The notes: generated from the letters alone by a model not told the origin. A stretch of 64,000 bases of DNA from a virus (IMGVR_UViG_3300020577_006811:1-64000); one strand, 5' to 3'; numbered from the stretch's first letter, positions 32,424 to 43,023 are shown. Program-made: numbers and translations.

Positions 32424-33422
32424 ATGAGCCGCCCCATCACAGTCACCGTCGGCGGCCTGGCCGCTGCGTCTGCAACCAAGCTCGGGTTGAGCCAGAAGGC
32501 TGCGATTGCGGGCACGAACTATCTGGTGCTCAACGGCGCGTCGGGCTCGTTCGTGGCCAACAGCGTATGCGCCTCGCAGACGCCGGGCGGCGCGGGCGCG
32601 CTGGTGCTCAACGGCACGCTGGCCAGCAGCGTCCAGACGGGAACCGCAATTGCCTACCTGCCGTCACTCTCCCGTATCTACATTACAGGTGGCTCCAACG
32701 AGAGCGGCAAGACGTTCACCGTGCTCGGCTACGTGTTCACGGCTGCGGGCGGGCCCGTGGCGGTGACGGAGACCATCACTGGGCCCAATGCGTCTACGGT
32801 CTCCAGCATCTACCAATACCAGCAGATCATCAGCATCACGGCCTCGGCCGGAACTGCGGGCGCGATTACCGTTGGCCACTACGGGACGGCCACGCAGGAT
32901 TACGCCCGGCAGGTGATCATCACGTCGGCGGGCGACGATTCATCGAACACGTTTACGATCTCAGGTACGGATTGGGCCAACAACCCGATCAGTGAGAACC
33001 TGGCGGGCGCCAACGCGGGCGTGGCTACGTCCGTCCTGAGCTACAAGACCGTGACCAGCATTGCCAGCAGCGCGGCGGTCGCCTCTACGTTGACCATTGG
33101 CACGAACACTGTGGCGTCGTCGGACTGGGTGCGGTTCGATGACTATTCGGCTGCTGCGCAGGTGGCGATCCAGGCCAGCGTGTCCGGAACCGTGAACTAC
33201 ACGATCCAGCAGACCATGGATGATCCAAACGATCCATCGCGGAATATCTACAACAATCCGGCTGGCGTGGTGTGGGTCAATCACCCTGATGCGGCATTTG
33301 TTGCGGCATCGGCGACAGCGCAAGGCAACTATGCCTACACCCCTATCTTCGCACGCGTGGTGATCAACAGTGGCACGGGTACGGTGCGGGCAACTTTTAG
33401 GCAAGTTGGGACCTGGTCCTGA
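32424..33422 (+). CDS. virion structural protein with two copies of the 30627-type domain
   Basis: RIYITGGSNESGKTFTVLG and RQVIITSAGDDSSNTFTISG. Confidence 0.8.
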   Translation: MSRPITVTVGGLAAASATKLGLSQKAAIAGTNYLVLNGASGSFVANSVCASQTPGGAGALVLNGTLASSVQTGTAIAYLPSLSRIYITGGSNESGKTFTVLGYVFTAAGGPVAVTETITGPNASTVSSIYQYQQIISITASAGTAGAITVGHYGTATQDYARQVIITSAGDDSSNTFTISGTDWANNPISENLAGANAGVATSVLSYKTVTSIASSAAVASTLTIGTNTVASSDWVRFDDYSAAAQVAIQASVSGTVNYTIQQTMDDPNDPSRNIYNNPAGVVWVNHPDAAFVAASATAQGNYAYTPIFARVVINSGTGTVRATFRQVGTWS

Positions 33423-33607
33423 TGGGTGGTCTCATTGACAGCAGCACGGGGCTCGCGTTTGGCGAAGGCTTGCAGTTCCAGACGCCCATTGGCGGCGCTG
33501 GGCTGACGATCCAAGTCAATACGCCGCCGCCCACGGGCTCTGTCATGATCACGGAAGCTACGGACAGAATGATCACCGAAACCGGTGACGTCATGATAAC
33601 GGAATGA
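33422..33607 (+). CDS. small tail-fibre-associated protein
   Basis: Triple MITE repeat at the C-terminus. Confidence 0.65.
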   Translation: MGGLIDSSTGLAFGEGLQFQTPIGGAGLTIQVNTPPPTGSVMITEATDRMITETGDVMITE

Positions 33608-33613
33608 TCGCCC

Positions 33614-35920
33614 ATGGCTGACGTCAAATGGTCTGCATTTCCATCCGGCACAACGATTGCTGGTGTGGATATCGTTGTGGGGTTGCAGGGTGGCGCCAAC
33701 GTCCAGTGGACCTGGAGCCAAGGGCTTACGTACATCGCGAGCGGCACCGCGACGCTGACCAACAAGACATTTGACACGGCCGGAACGGGAAATTCGTTTT
33801 CGATTGCCGGGGTCGCGGTCACGGCCAACACGGGCACGGGCGCCGTGGCACGCGCGACCTCTCCGACTTTTGTCACGCCGGCTCTGGGAACGCCTTCGTC
33901 TGCCACGCTGACCAATGCGACGGGGCTTCCCATTGGGACCGGCGTTTCAGGACTCGGCACGGGGGTCGCGACCGCTCTTGCTGTCAACGTTGGCAGCGCG
34001 GGTGCGTTTGTCACGTTCAACGGGGCGCTAGGAACGCCAGCCTCTGGCGTTGCAACAAACCTGACCGGACTTCCCCTTACAACGGGCGTTACCGGCGTTC
34101 TCCCGGTTGCCAACGGCGGCACGAATGCAAGCTCTGCCAGCATCACGGCCTTCAACAACATCACGGGTTACACGGCAGCTGGCGCGACTGGCGCCACGTC
34201 AACCAACCTCGTATTCTCAACGTCGCCCACGCTGGTCACGCCTGTCCTTGGGGCCGCCACCGGCACATCGTTGTCTGTGACAGGCGCTCTGACCGCCTAC
34301 AGTGGCACGGCTATTCCTGCCGGTGGCACGACGGGTTCAGGCATTAAGTTCTCATCCACGAGCAACTACGGTATTTTCTTTGGCTCTGGCGCCCCGACGC
34401 TGTCGGCGGCGCAGGGGTCTATCTATCTGCGCTCAGACGGTACGTCCTCGACCACCATCTATGCCAACACGGATGGATCTACGACGTGGGCGGCTGCTGG
34501 CGGTGGTGGAACTCCGGGCGGCTCCTCTGGTCAGGTCCAGTACAATAATGCTGGGGCGTTTGGTGGAGCGGCGGGCTTCACGTTCAACGGAACGGCGACA
34601 CTGACGCTGGGAGTCGCTGCGACGTCAACCGGCTCGCTGGTGCTTTCCAACGCAACGTCTGGAGCAGCAACACTTACCTCTGACGCGGCGAACACGCTCG
34701 CCCTGCGTAACTCGACAAACGCGCAGACGTTCAACGTCTACAACACCTACACCGACGCCTCGAACTACGAGCGCGCCTTCCTTGGGTGGTTCTCGAACGA
34801 CTTCTATATCTCGACGCAGAAGTCTGGAACCGGCGGCGGCCGCGCCATCGTGTTTCAAACAAACAACACGTCGCGCTGGTTTATCGAGGCAACGAGTGGC
34901 AATTTCCTTGCTGTCTCTGACAACACGATTGACATCGGTTCGTCGGGCACGAACCGCCCGCGCACGGGCTACTTCGGCACGTCCGTTGTGGCGCCGGCTT
35001 TCATCGGCTCGACGTCGATGTCGGCGCCGTACATCACCTTGACGCAGGGCACGATCACGGCCGACGCGCCGCAGCTCAATGGTTCGGTGACGTGGAACAA
35101 CTCCGGCGTCACGTTCACCGGCTGGAAGCTCAACGTCACGGATACAGCCTCTGCCTCTGCCTCCCTGCTGATGGACCTGCAGGTGGGGGGAACGAGTCAG
35201 TTTAAGGTGAATAAAGCGGGTGTTGGCACGTTGATTGGGGTGCTCACATCGGGTGGCATCGTAACGACAGGATCTTCCGCCGTCGCCGCAGGCGGGAATG
35301 TCTTTGTTGGCGCAAGCGACAACACCAAATCGATACTCTTCGGCACTGCCACCGACGTCATCCTCGCCCGCGACGCGGCGAACACGCTCGCCCTGCGTAA
35401 CTCGACAAACGCGCAGACGTTCAACGTCTACAACACCTACACCGACGCCTCGAACTACGAGGTCGGCATTTTCTCGTGGTCGTCTAATGTTCTGACCATC
35501 GGTGCGCGCAAAGCTGGGACGGGATTGCAACGCGGAATCAAAATTGAAGGCAACACAGCGGATACCTTAAATTATGGGGTCACAAATGCCGGTTCATGGA
35601 CATTTGCCTACAATAGCGGGTTTTCGTTCGTCATCGACGGCAACAGCGGAATGTACACATGGGGAACAACGTCTTCTTTCCCCGCGCTCAAGCGCGATGG
35701 TGTAGGCATCCGCGCTCGTCTTGCAAATGACGGTGCTGATACTTGGTTCAAGGTGCTGCGCACTGTTGTTGCCAGCCTTCCTTCCGCCGCCACCGCAGGC
35801 GCTGGCGCCATGGCTATCGTTTCTGATGCTACCGCGCCCGTGAAGGGCACAGCAGTGACGGGCGGTGGCTCAGTGCAGACGCTGGTCATCTCCGATGGTA
35901 CCAACTGGCTTGCAGGCTAA
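33614..35920 (+). CDS. tail fibre 1
   Basis: 768 aa Gly/Thr/Ala/Ser-rich; TLTNKT and SPTLVTP.LG motifs. Confidence 0.85.
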   Translation: MADVKWSAFPSGTTIAGVDIVVGLQGGANVQWTWSQGLTYIASGTATLTNKTFDTAGTGNSFSIAGVAVTANTGTGAVARATSPTFVTPALGTPSSATLTNATGLPIGTGVSGLGTGVATALAVNVGSAGAFVTFNGALGTPASGVATNLTGLPLTTGVTGVLPVANGGTNASSASITAFNNITGYTAAGATGATSTNLVFSTSPTLVTPVLGAATGTSLSVTGALTAYSGTAIPAGGTTGSGIKFSSTSNYGIFFGSGAPTLSAAQGSIYLRSDGTSSTTIYANTDGSTTWAAAGGGGTPGGSSGQVQYNNAGAFGGAAGFTFNGTATLTLGVAATSTGSLVLSNATSGAATLTSDAANTLALRNSTNAQTFNVYNTYTDASNYERAFLGWFSNDFYISTQKSGTGGGRAIVFQTNNTSRWFIEATSGNFLAVSDNTIDIGSSGTNRPRTGYFGTSVVAPAFIGSTSMSAPYITLTQGTITADAPQLNGSVTWNNSGVTFTGWKLNVTDTASASASLLMDLQVGGTSQFKVNKAGVGTLIGVLTSGGIVTTGSSAVAAGGNVFVGASDNTKSILFGTATDVILARDAANTLALRNSTNAQTFNVYNTYTDASNYEVGIFSWSSNVLTIGARKAGTGLQRGIKIEGNTADTLNYGVTNAGSWTFAYNSGFSFVIDGNSGMYTWGTTSSFPALKRDGVGIRARLANDGADTWFKVLRTVVASLPSAATAGAGAMAIVSDATAPVKGTAVTGGGSVQTLVISDGTNWLAG
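34682..34771 (+). repeat. 90-bp perfect direct repeat, copy 1
   Basis: GACGCGGCGAACACG...TCGAACTACGAG identical to 35372-35461. Confidence 0.9.
35372..35461 (+). repeat. 90-bp perfect direct repeat, copy 2
   Basis: Identical to 34682-34771, in frame, 690 bp apart. Confidence 0.9.
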
Positions 35921-35923
35921 CCC

Positions 35924-36589
35924 ATGAACTATGCTATCTCCCTTTCTGGTCAATCCTATACCCTGTCTACACCAGACGACGCTCAGATTGCAGCGATTGC
36001 TGCATGCAGGGCGCGCGTGAATGCTGCAATGCCTCAGACGGTCAAGGACGGCGATAACGACATCCCGAACCCGGAACTGTTGGCAGATTACAATGCCTTC
36101 CTGCAGCGTGCTTTCGAAGCGTGGGCGACCACCAATCCGGGGTTCACTGCGGAGGAAGTGGAAGCTACAAAGGTTCGCGCCTTCGCCTCTTACGCAGGCC
36201 AGAACCCTCCTGAACAGATCGTTGAGGATGTCCCGCTCACGGGCGATGCCCTGAAGGCGGCCCTCAAAGCCTACGCCGCAAGCAAGCGCTACACCGTCGA
36301 AACAGGCGGCATGACCGTCAACGGCATGGCCATTCCTACGGATCGCATCACGCAGAGCAAGCTCTCTGGTGCGGTGCTGGCCTTCCAAGCTGGCGCCCTT
36401 ACCGGCTCCATTGATTGGAAGACCTCTTCGGGCTGGGTCTCTCTCGATCAAGCCTCCGTCACGGCTCTGGCCTCCGCCGTCGCCATGCACGTCCAAGCCG
36501 CCTTCTCCGTCGAAAAATCCGTCTCTGACGCCATTGATGCAGAGACCATCACAACCATTGATCAGATCAACGCAGCAGCGTGGGCTTAA
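35924..36589 (+). CDS. DUF4376-like tail fibre assembly protein
   Basis: KRYTVETGG...TDR..QSKL...DWKT..GWV.L...AV..HVQA.F. Confidence 0.75.
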   Translation: MNYAISLSGQSYTLSTPDDAQIAAIAACRARVNAAMPQTVKDGDNDIPNPELLADYNAFLQRAFEAWATTNPGFTAEEVEATKVRAFASYAGQNPPEQIVEDVPLTGDALKAALKAYAASKRYTVETGGMTVNGMAIPTDRITQSKLSGAVLAFQAGALTGSIDWKTSSGWVSLDQASVTALASAVAMHVQAAFSVEKSVSDAIDAETITTIDQINAAAWA

Positions 36590-36598
36590 GGACGCGGG

Positions 36599-37306
36599 AT
36601 GACCACGACGAGCACGTACACATTTTCGCAATCTGCCGCCTCCGGATTGACGCTGGTGGCGTTCAGCCGGATCGGGTTGCGCCGGACGGAACTGACGGTG
36701 CAGCATCTGCAGGACGCGGCGGTTGAGGCGAATCTGCTGCAGGTCAGCATTGCTGGAAATCAGCCCAACCTGTGGTCGTCAGAGATCTACGACATCACTC
36801 TCGTGGAGGGGCAGGTGGAATATGACCTGCCCGCGCGAATGATCGCAGTCCAAGATATCTACCTGACAACCACCCCAACTGGAGGCACGTCGCAGACGTC
36901 AACCGACCGCGTGCTCGGGGCACTCTCGCTGTTCGAATACGATTCCCAGGCCAACAAACTGCAGCAGGCCCCCCCGACGTCCTACGTCGTGTTCAAGACC
37001 TTGCAGCCGACCATCAAGTTCTGGCAGGTGCCCGACGGCAACGCCACCTACGTGGCGCACGTCCGCATGCTGACCCAGATCCAGGACGCCAGCCAGCGCA
37101 ACGGAACGACGCTGGATCTGCCCTACATCTACCTTGATACCTACGTCGCGGGGCTTGCCTACCGTATGGCGCGCATCTACGCCCCCGACAAGGAAATGAT
37201 GCGCAAGCAGGACTACATGGAAGCGCTGGCGATCTCGCAGAACACGGACACGCAGGACTCGGTTGGTCTCTACATCCAGCCGGATTTCAGCGTCTACAAT
37301 AATTAA
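36599..37306 (+). CDS. putative head-tail adaptor / tail tubular protein
   Basis: TTSTYTF...AFSRIG...NLL...NLW N-terminus; position. Confidence 0.7.
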   Translation: MTTTSTYTFSQSAASGLTLVAFSRIGLRRTELTVQHLQDAAVEANLLQVSIAGNQPNLWSSEIYDITLVEGQVEYDLPARMIAVQDIYLTTTPTGGTSQTSTDRVLGALSLFEYDSQANKLQQAPPTSYVVFKTLQPTIKFWQVPDGNATYVAHVRMLTQIQDASQRNGTTLDLPYIYLDTYVAGLAYRMARIYAPDKEMMRKQDYMEALAISQNTDTQDSVGLYIQPDFSVYNN

Positions 37307-37328
37307 CTGACTTAATAAATGGTGACCT

Positions 37329-38054
37329 GTGACCTACCGCCCATACCCAAAGTATGCCAGCCGCGACCCACACGCGGGCCCATTGACGACGTGCTCGACC
37401 TGCGGGTTTTTGTGGAACGGCACCAGCATGGGCTTCCAGTACGATTTCCGCGGCGGCAGCACGCCTATCAACACCCAGCTATTACGTTGCCCGAGGTGTT
37501 TTGACTCGATTTCATACCAACAAAAGCTTCTGATCATCCCGCCCGATCCGCCGACGTTCTACAACGTGCGCCCGGAAAATTACACCGTGGATGAAACCAA
37601 TTGGCTGACCACGACTGACGGCCAAGAGATCATCACGACCGAGAGCAACGAGCCGATCATCACCAACTTCCCGAATCCGGGAGACGCTGGCAATGCGTCG
37701 GTCTTGACGTGTCGGATCTCTGCGCCAGGCGGCAGCGTTGCGGTGGCGTACCTTGATCTGTTCCTTGGCGCGCCCTCGCAAGGGGGCGTATCGGTGCTGC
37801 AAAGCATCACTGGCTCAGCAACGCGGACAAACATCGCGAGCGCGTTGACGACGTCGAGCGGCGTGGCTACCAATCCTGATTACATCGTCCTCACATCAGC
37901 GTCGGCCGCGCAGACCAACGTGACATACGTTGGCATCTATGACGCCGCAACGCACGGCACGCTGCTGATGGAAGGCGCCGTAGGTGCGTCCCCGTCCATC
38001 GGCCTCGGCAATCCGGTTCAGTTTAATCAGCTGGGGCTTTCCATCACTCTCTAG
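37329..38054 (+). CDS. tail-region protein with N-terminal Zn finger
   Basis: CSTCGF...CPRC..D...PPDP...RPE. Confidence 0.7.
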   Translation: MTYRPYPKYASRDPHAGPLTTCSTCGFLWNGTSMGFQYDFRGGSTPINTQLLRCPRCFDSISYQQKLLIIPPDPPTFYNVRPENYTVDETNWLTTTDGQEIITTESNEPIITNFPNPGDAGNASVLTCRISAPGGSVAVAYLDLFLGAPSQGGVSVLQSITGSATRTNIASALTTSSGVATNPDYIVLTSASAAQTNVTYVGIYDAATHGTLLMEGAVGASPSIGLGNPVQFNQLGLSITL

Positions 38055-38065
38055 GAAGCCACCCT

Positions 38066-38317
38066 ATGACGGATCACGAGAAGCAAATTAAGAAGCTCAA
38101 CGACATGCTGCAGGCTGCGATCAACCAACGCAACGCCTCGCAGAACGAGTGCGTGCAATTGGGGGCTCATTTGCAGGAAGCCGCCCGTGAGATTGAGCGG
38201 CTGGCCGCCGAAGTGAGCGCGCTCACAGAAAAGTTGGCCAGTGACGCCGCTGATGATAAACCAGATTTGAGCACGCCCAAGGCGAATGGGCATGCAGAGG
38301 AGATGTCCGCCGCGTAA
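38066..38317 (+). CDS. coiled-coil tail chaperone-like protein
   Basis: QRNASQNECVQL heptads; AGGA RBS. Confidence 0.65.
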   Translation: MTDHEKQIKKLNDMLQAAINQRNASQNECVQLGAHLQEAAREIERLAAEVSALTEKLASDAADDKPDLSTPKANGHAEEMSAA

Positions 38318-38347
38318 AGACAAATTGCCTTCGCGCGTGGAGACGTC

Positions 38348-41300
38348 ATGGCTAACATCAATGTTGGCAATCTGCCTGTTGCTATCAGTGTCACAGGGGA
38401 CGACTATATTCCCTTGGACCAGGGCGGCGTCACGAAGCGCGCGAAGGCCTCTCTTATCGCAGGTACAGCCACGGGGTTTGTGCCAACTACCCGCCGGATA
38501 GATGCGGGTGTCGGACTGAGCGGCGGTGGTACGCTCGCTACCGACGTGACGATCAATTTCGACCCCAGCGTTCTGTTCGCTGCCACCACGCAGGCCGCCG
38601 CTGACCAGTACGTTATCCAGCAGGCCGCGACGAGCCTTCCTAAGACTATTACGTTCGCCAATTCGATGAAGGCCATCGGCACGCTGACAGCGTCTCCGGC
38701 ATTGGATTTGACGGCCGACAAATTTGTTGTTCTGCGGGCGGCTGATGGCCTGACGTATTCGGCGACCGCGTCTCAGATCTCGCTGGCGGCGGGCAACGTG
38801 CCAGCAGGCGGCACCACAGGTCAGGTGCTCGCCAAGAATTCGAGCACGAACTACGACACGGCGTGGATCAACAACTCCATCACGCTGGATGCGCTCTCCA
38901 TCGCTGCCAACCCGACAGGCGGCGCCACGACCTCAACGTCGGTTACTCTCGGCGCGACGCTTGCGTTTTCTGGCAGCAGTTTGCGAACGGCGGCCGCGAC
39001 AGGCGATGTCACATGGTCGGCCAACAGCTTCGCGACCACGATTGCAGCCAACGCCGTCACCAACGCCAAATTCAGGCAGAGCGTGGCCGTGTCTGTGGTC
39101 GGCAACGCCACCAATGCGACGGCCGACGTCGCAGACATCGCTGGCACCGCCAACCAGATACTGCGGGTCGATGGGGCAGGTACAGGGCTGGCATTCGGGT
39201 CGATTGACCTTGCGCAGACGGCGACAGTCGGCACCTCCATCCTGCCCGTCCCGAATGGAGGCACGGGCGTCGCAACCACCACGGCCTACGCGCTTCTGGC
39301 AGGCGGCACGACCTCCACGGGCTCGTTACAGAGCCTCGCGGGTGTCGGCACAAGCGGCCAAGTGCTGGTCTCCAATGGGGCGGGCAATCTGCCAACGTGG
39401 CAGACGGCGACGGCCGCCATCGGGCAGGCCCTGACCAGGGTTGACGATACCAATGTGACCCTGACGTTGGGAGGATCCCCCACGACGGCGCTACTGTCCG
39501 CCACCTCTCTGACCCTTGGCTGGACAGGCCAACTTGCGCTCACGCGTGGTGGCACGGCGGCGTCCCTGACCGCTTCGGACGGCGGCATTGTGTATTCGAC
39601 GGCCACCGCGATGGCCATCCTATCCGGCACGGCGACGGCGGGGCAGATCATCCGCTCTGGATCTAGCACCGCGCCCTCGTGGTCAACCAGCACCTACCCT
39701 GCGACCAGCGCCGCAGGCACTATCCTCGCCTCCGGGACAGACAACACCATTACCGCCACCGCGACCCCAACGCTTGGCGTCGCAGGCACGACGCTTGGCA
39801 CGCTAGCCTTTGCGGGCAACACGTCTGGCGTCGTGACGATCACCCCGCAGGCCGCGGCCGGCACGCCGACCCTCACATTCCCCAATGCGTCAGGCACGTT
39901 TGCAGTCAGCGCGACGGCCCCGATCACGCTCAACACCACCACGGGCGCCATTGGCATCACCTCGGCGGCGCTCACCAAGGTCGATGACACCAACGTCACG
40001 CTGACCCTCGGCGGCACGCCCGGCTCGGCGCTGCTCGCGGCTACGTCTCTGACCTTGGGATGGACGGGTCAGCTGGCCCTCACCCGAGGCGGCACGGCAG
40101 CGTCCCTCACCGCCTCGAATGGCGGCATTGTGTATTCGACGGCCACCGCGATGGCCATTTTGTCAGGAACAGCAACGGCCAATCAGATCCTGATGTCGGG
40201 GTCGTCGGCTGCACCCGCGTGGTCGACGGCCACTTATCCCGCCACGACCACCATCAATCAGCTGCTTTATTCGTCGTCGGCTAACACCATCGCGGGGCTG
40301 GCGACCGCCAATGGCGGCATCCTCAACGCCAACAGCAGCGGCGTGCCGTCTATCACGACAAGCCCGACGCTCGGCGTTCAACAAACGACCCGCGGGCAAT
40401 TGATCTTGGCCAATACGGCGGCGGGCGCCTTCCCAGCGACACTTCAGTCGTCCAATTTGGCGACTGCGGCGACGACGCTGACGCTGCCGCCGGATGCGGG
40501 CACCAGCGGCTACGTGCTGTCCACGGACGGCGCTGGCGTTCTGACGTGGGTTGCCGTCGGCGGCACGGGCACCGTCACCAGCCTGACGCCGGGAAGCGGC
40601 CTCACATCGACCATCACGGGAGCGCCCCCCGGAAGCGCCATCACAACAACCGGGACGCTGTCCAGCACGCAGGTCGTCAACGCGCAGACCGGCACCACGT
40701 ACACGGTACTCGACAGCGACCGCGCCGGTCTGGTGACCTTCAGCAACGCTTCGTCGATCGCCGTGACGCTGCCGCAGGCTGGGGCCGCCAGTGCCTTCCA
40801 GGCTGGCTGGTTTGTGACATTCCGCAATATCGGCGCTGGCGTCGTCACCATCACGCCGACAACCTCGACAATTGGTGGCAACGCCACTCTGGTTTTGACC
40901 AAGGGCCAATCCGCCTGCGTCACGTCAGATGGCACAAATTATCAAGTTAGCGCACGAACGCCTCTTGTGACGCAGGCGCAGTGCCGATTGGATTATGTCA
41001 GCACCACGCAGATCCAACTCAATCGCTACAACGGCCAGTACCTGTTCATCAACGGCCAGAATGAGGTCATCCCGGCGACAGGCCCGACATTGGCCAATAC
41101 GGGTCTGACGGCGGCGACGCTCTACTACATCTACGCCTACATGAGTTCGGGCACGATGACGTTGGAAGCGAGCGCGACGGCGCCTACCAGCGACGCCACA
41201 TTTGGCATCAAGATCAAGACTGGCGACGCGACACGTTCGCTCGTCGGCATGGTCTACATGGACGCCGGCACGCCTGGGACTTTTGCGGATAGCGCGACTG

Positions 41301-41725
41301 CGCGGTGGGTGATTTCATACTACAATCGGGTCAGTGCGGCTCTGACCGTCAACTCTGGCGGTCTTCTCACTGTCAGCAGCAGCCCGTGGGTTGAAATCAG
41401 TTCAACCTTACGCACGGCGTTCCTCCACTGGGCGGATGAAACCATTTCGTGCGCAACGACGGTTATGATCTACCACGCTTCCGCCAACGTCGCAGTTTAC
41501 GCGCGCATTGGTTTTGGTGTTGCAGTCGGCACCTACGCAACCGGAAATGCTTGTGCCTTTTTTGGCGTGTCTGCCGCTTCGAATTACTACAGCGACGTAT
41601 CAACGGGAGGATATTATGCCCCGCAAGCGGGCCTCAACACCGCAACACTGCAGGGCGGTAGAGACAGCGGCACAGGAAACTATGCTAGCGGCTACACAGG
41701 TTACACGCTCATGATCGTGAAATGA
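38348..41725 (+). CDS. tail fibre 2
   Basis: 1125 aa; GGT.GQVL, LPV.NGGTG, NAQTGTTYT motifs. Confidence 0.85.
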   Translation: MANINVGNLPVAISVTGDDYIPLDQGGVTKRAKASLIAGTATGFVPTTRRIDAGVGLSGGGTLATDVTINFDPSVLFAATTQAAADQYVIQQAATSLPKTITFANSMKAIGTLTASPALDLTADKFVVLRAADGLTYSATASQISLAAGNVPAGGTTGQVLAKNSSTNYDTAWINNSITLDALSIAANPTGGATTSTSVTLGATLAFSGSSLRTAAATGDVTWSANSFATTIAANAVTNAKFRQSVAVSVVGNATNATADVADIAGTANQILRVDGAGTGLAFGSIDLAQTATVGTSILPVPNGGTGVATTTAYALLAGGTTSTGSLQSLAGVGTSGQVLVSNGAGNLPTWQTATAAIGQALTRVDDTNVTLTLGGSPTTALLSATSLTLGWTGQLALTRGGTAASLTASDGGIVYSTATAMAILSGTATAGQIIRSGSSTAPSWSTSTYPATSAAGTILASGTDNTITATATPTLGVAGTTLGTLAFAGNTSGVVTITPQAAAGTPTLTFPNASGTFAVSATAPITLNTTTGAIGITSAALTKVDDTNVTLTLGGTPGSALLAATSLTLGWTGQLALTRGGTAASLTASNGGIVYSTATAMAILSGTATANQILMSGSSAAPAWSTATYPATTTINQLLYSSSANTIAGLATANGGILNANSSGVPSITTSPTLGVQQTTRGQLILANTAAGAFPATLQSSNLATAATTLTLPPDAGTSGYVLSTDGAGVLTWVAVGGTGTVTSLTPGSGLTSTITGAPPGSAITTTGTLSSTQVVNAQTGTTYTVLDSDRAGLVTFSNASSIAVTLPQAGAASAFQAGWFVTFRNIGAGVVTITPTTSTIGGNATLVLTKGQSACVTSDGTNYQVSARTPLVTQAQCRLDYVSTTQIQLNRYNGQYLFINGQNEVIPATGPTLANTGLTAATLYYIYAYMSSGTMTLEASATAPTSDATFGIKIKTGDATRSLVGMVYMDAGTPGTFADSATARWVISYYNRVSAALTVNSGGLLTVSSSPWVEISSTLRTAFLHWADETISCATTVMIYHASANVAVYARIGFGVAVGTYATGNACAFFGVSAASNYYSDVSTGGYYAPQAGLNTATLQGGRDSGTGNYASGYTGYTLMIVK
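39431..40246 (+). repeat. diverged 276-bp (92-aa) internal repeat pair: 39431-39706 and 39971-40246
   Basis: LT(R/K)VDDTNVTLTLGG...WST.TYPAT occurs twice with many synonymous differences. Confidence 0.85.
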
Positions 41726-42204
41726 CCATGCCCCCGGTTTCTCATCTTATCCCAGCGCAAGTGACAGAAGCGGTGGGCGCGGTGGCGCCCATCACAGGCA
41801 TGGCCTTTGGCGATCTCGACGACAAGAGCACATGGGCATGCAGTTTTAAGGACGAGGCGACGGACGCACAGAGGCTGGCGGCACAAGCCGTGATCGACGC
41901 CTACGTGCCAAAAGCCCCCGTGCCGGACGTAATCAGCGACCGCCAATTCTTCCAGCAACTCGCTGTGCTCGGCATCATCACCACGGATGAGGCGCTGGCG
42001 GCGGTCGGCCCCGGCGACATCCCGGCGGCGCTCGATGCGCTCATTGCGCAACTGCCGCCCGACAAGCAGTTTGCAGCCCGCATGCTGCTCTCAGGGGCAA
42101 CGCAGTTCGACCGCAAGCATCCGCTGGTTGCTGTCTTCGCCTCGGCATTCGAATGGAATGCCGACCAAATCGATGCCTTCTGGACTGCGGCTTCGGCGCT
42201 TTAA
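41722..42204 (+). CDS. tail fibre assembly-like protein
   Basis: VISDRQFFQQL...GATQFDRKHPLV...QIDAFW. Confidence 0.7.
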   Translation: MTMPPVSHLIPAQVTEAVGAVAPITGMAFGDLDDKSTWACSFKDEATDAQRLAAQAVIDAYVPKAPVPDVISDRQFFQQLAVLGIITTDEALAAVGPGDIPAALDALIAQLPPDKQFAARMLLSGATQFDRKHPLVAVFASAFEWNADQIDAFWTAASAL

Positions 42205-42261
42205 TTTGTGCTCAGATGAAGCGTTTGCGTCTCGTGCTCGTCCCAATCGAGATCCAGATCC

Positions 42262-43023
42262 ATGCCAATCATCTTTTCCAGCGACTTTCTGTCTGGCGAA
42301 CCGCGCCCTCTCGCGCTCTACAACCAAAACCCCGTTTACGTCGAGATGGCGCCGCGCGCCGTCAATAATGTGCAGACGGCGGCCTCCGCTGGCGGCCCCG
42401 GGGTAGCGTGGTGGCCCGATGGGAACCACACGACGCCCGGGCTCGCAGGCTGGCTGAACCTTGTGTCTGTCTGGTATGCGACCAGTATGGTCGACCCGCT
42501 GGGCCGCGTGGGCAACATCCCGGCCGCAGACCTGCGCGACGCCGTCGTTCGGTTGCGCTGCCGCGCCGTCGCGGGCCCTGGCTATCAATACGGGTTCTAC
42601 TTGCCGCGATCGACGCGCCTTGGCTGGTGGATCCAAACCTACGATCCCGCCGCCTGCAATGGCCTTGGAGGCTACGCGAACTGGTTTCAGACCCGCAACC
42701 TGATTTGCGAACAGATGGGTGTGAACAGGCCGTATGTTCGCAACGGCAACGACGCTGTCATCATGGCCTCGAAGGGGTGGGTCGACTGCGTGATCCCGCT
42801 CTCGACGGACCCGGGCGATTGGATGGCGATGGGGTGCAATCCCGGCAAGGCGACAACGTACGGCAACTCAAGCATCGGCTACGCACTGAAGACGTGGTCG
42901 CACGACATGGGTATCATTGCAGTGACAGGTGAGCATGGGGCAAGTTACCCAGCCTACACTTACCCGCTTGGCTTTGGTGGCGGTGAGTTTCACATCGACA
43001 GCATCTCGATAGAGACGCCATAA
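42262..43023 (+). CDS. hypothetical protein in the tail module
   Basis: 253 aa, aromatic-rich, ends FHIDSISI; GC3-rich. Confidence 0.7.
   Translation: MPIIFSSDFLSGEPRPLALYNQNPVYVEMAPRAVNNVQTAASAGGPGVAWWPDGNHTTPGLAGWLNLVSVWYATSMVDPLGRVGNIPAADLRDAVVRLRCRAVAGPGYQYGFYLPRSTRLGWWIQTYDPAACNGLGGYANWFQTRNLICEQMGVNRPYVRNGNDAVIMASKGWVDCVIPLSTDPGDWMAMGCNPGKATTYGNSSIGYALKTWSHDMGIIAVTGEHGASYPAYTYPLGFGGGEFHIDSISIETP

Noticed and set aside
33614-41725. Diversity-generating retroelement acting on the tail fibres
   Set aside because: The 90-bp repeats are identical, with no adenine-specific differences, and no reverse transcriptase is in the window.
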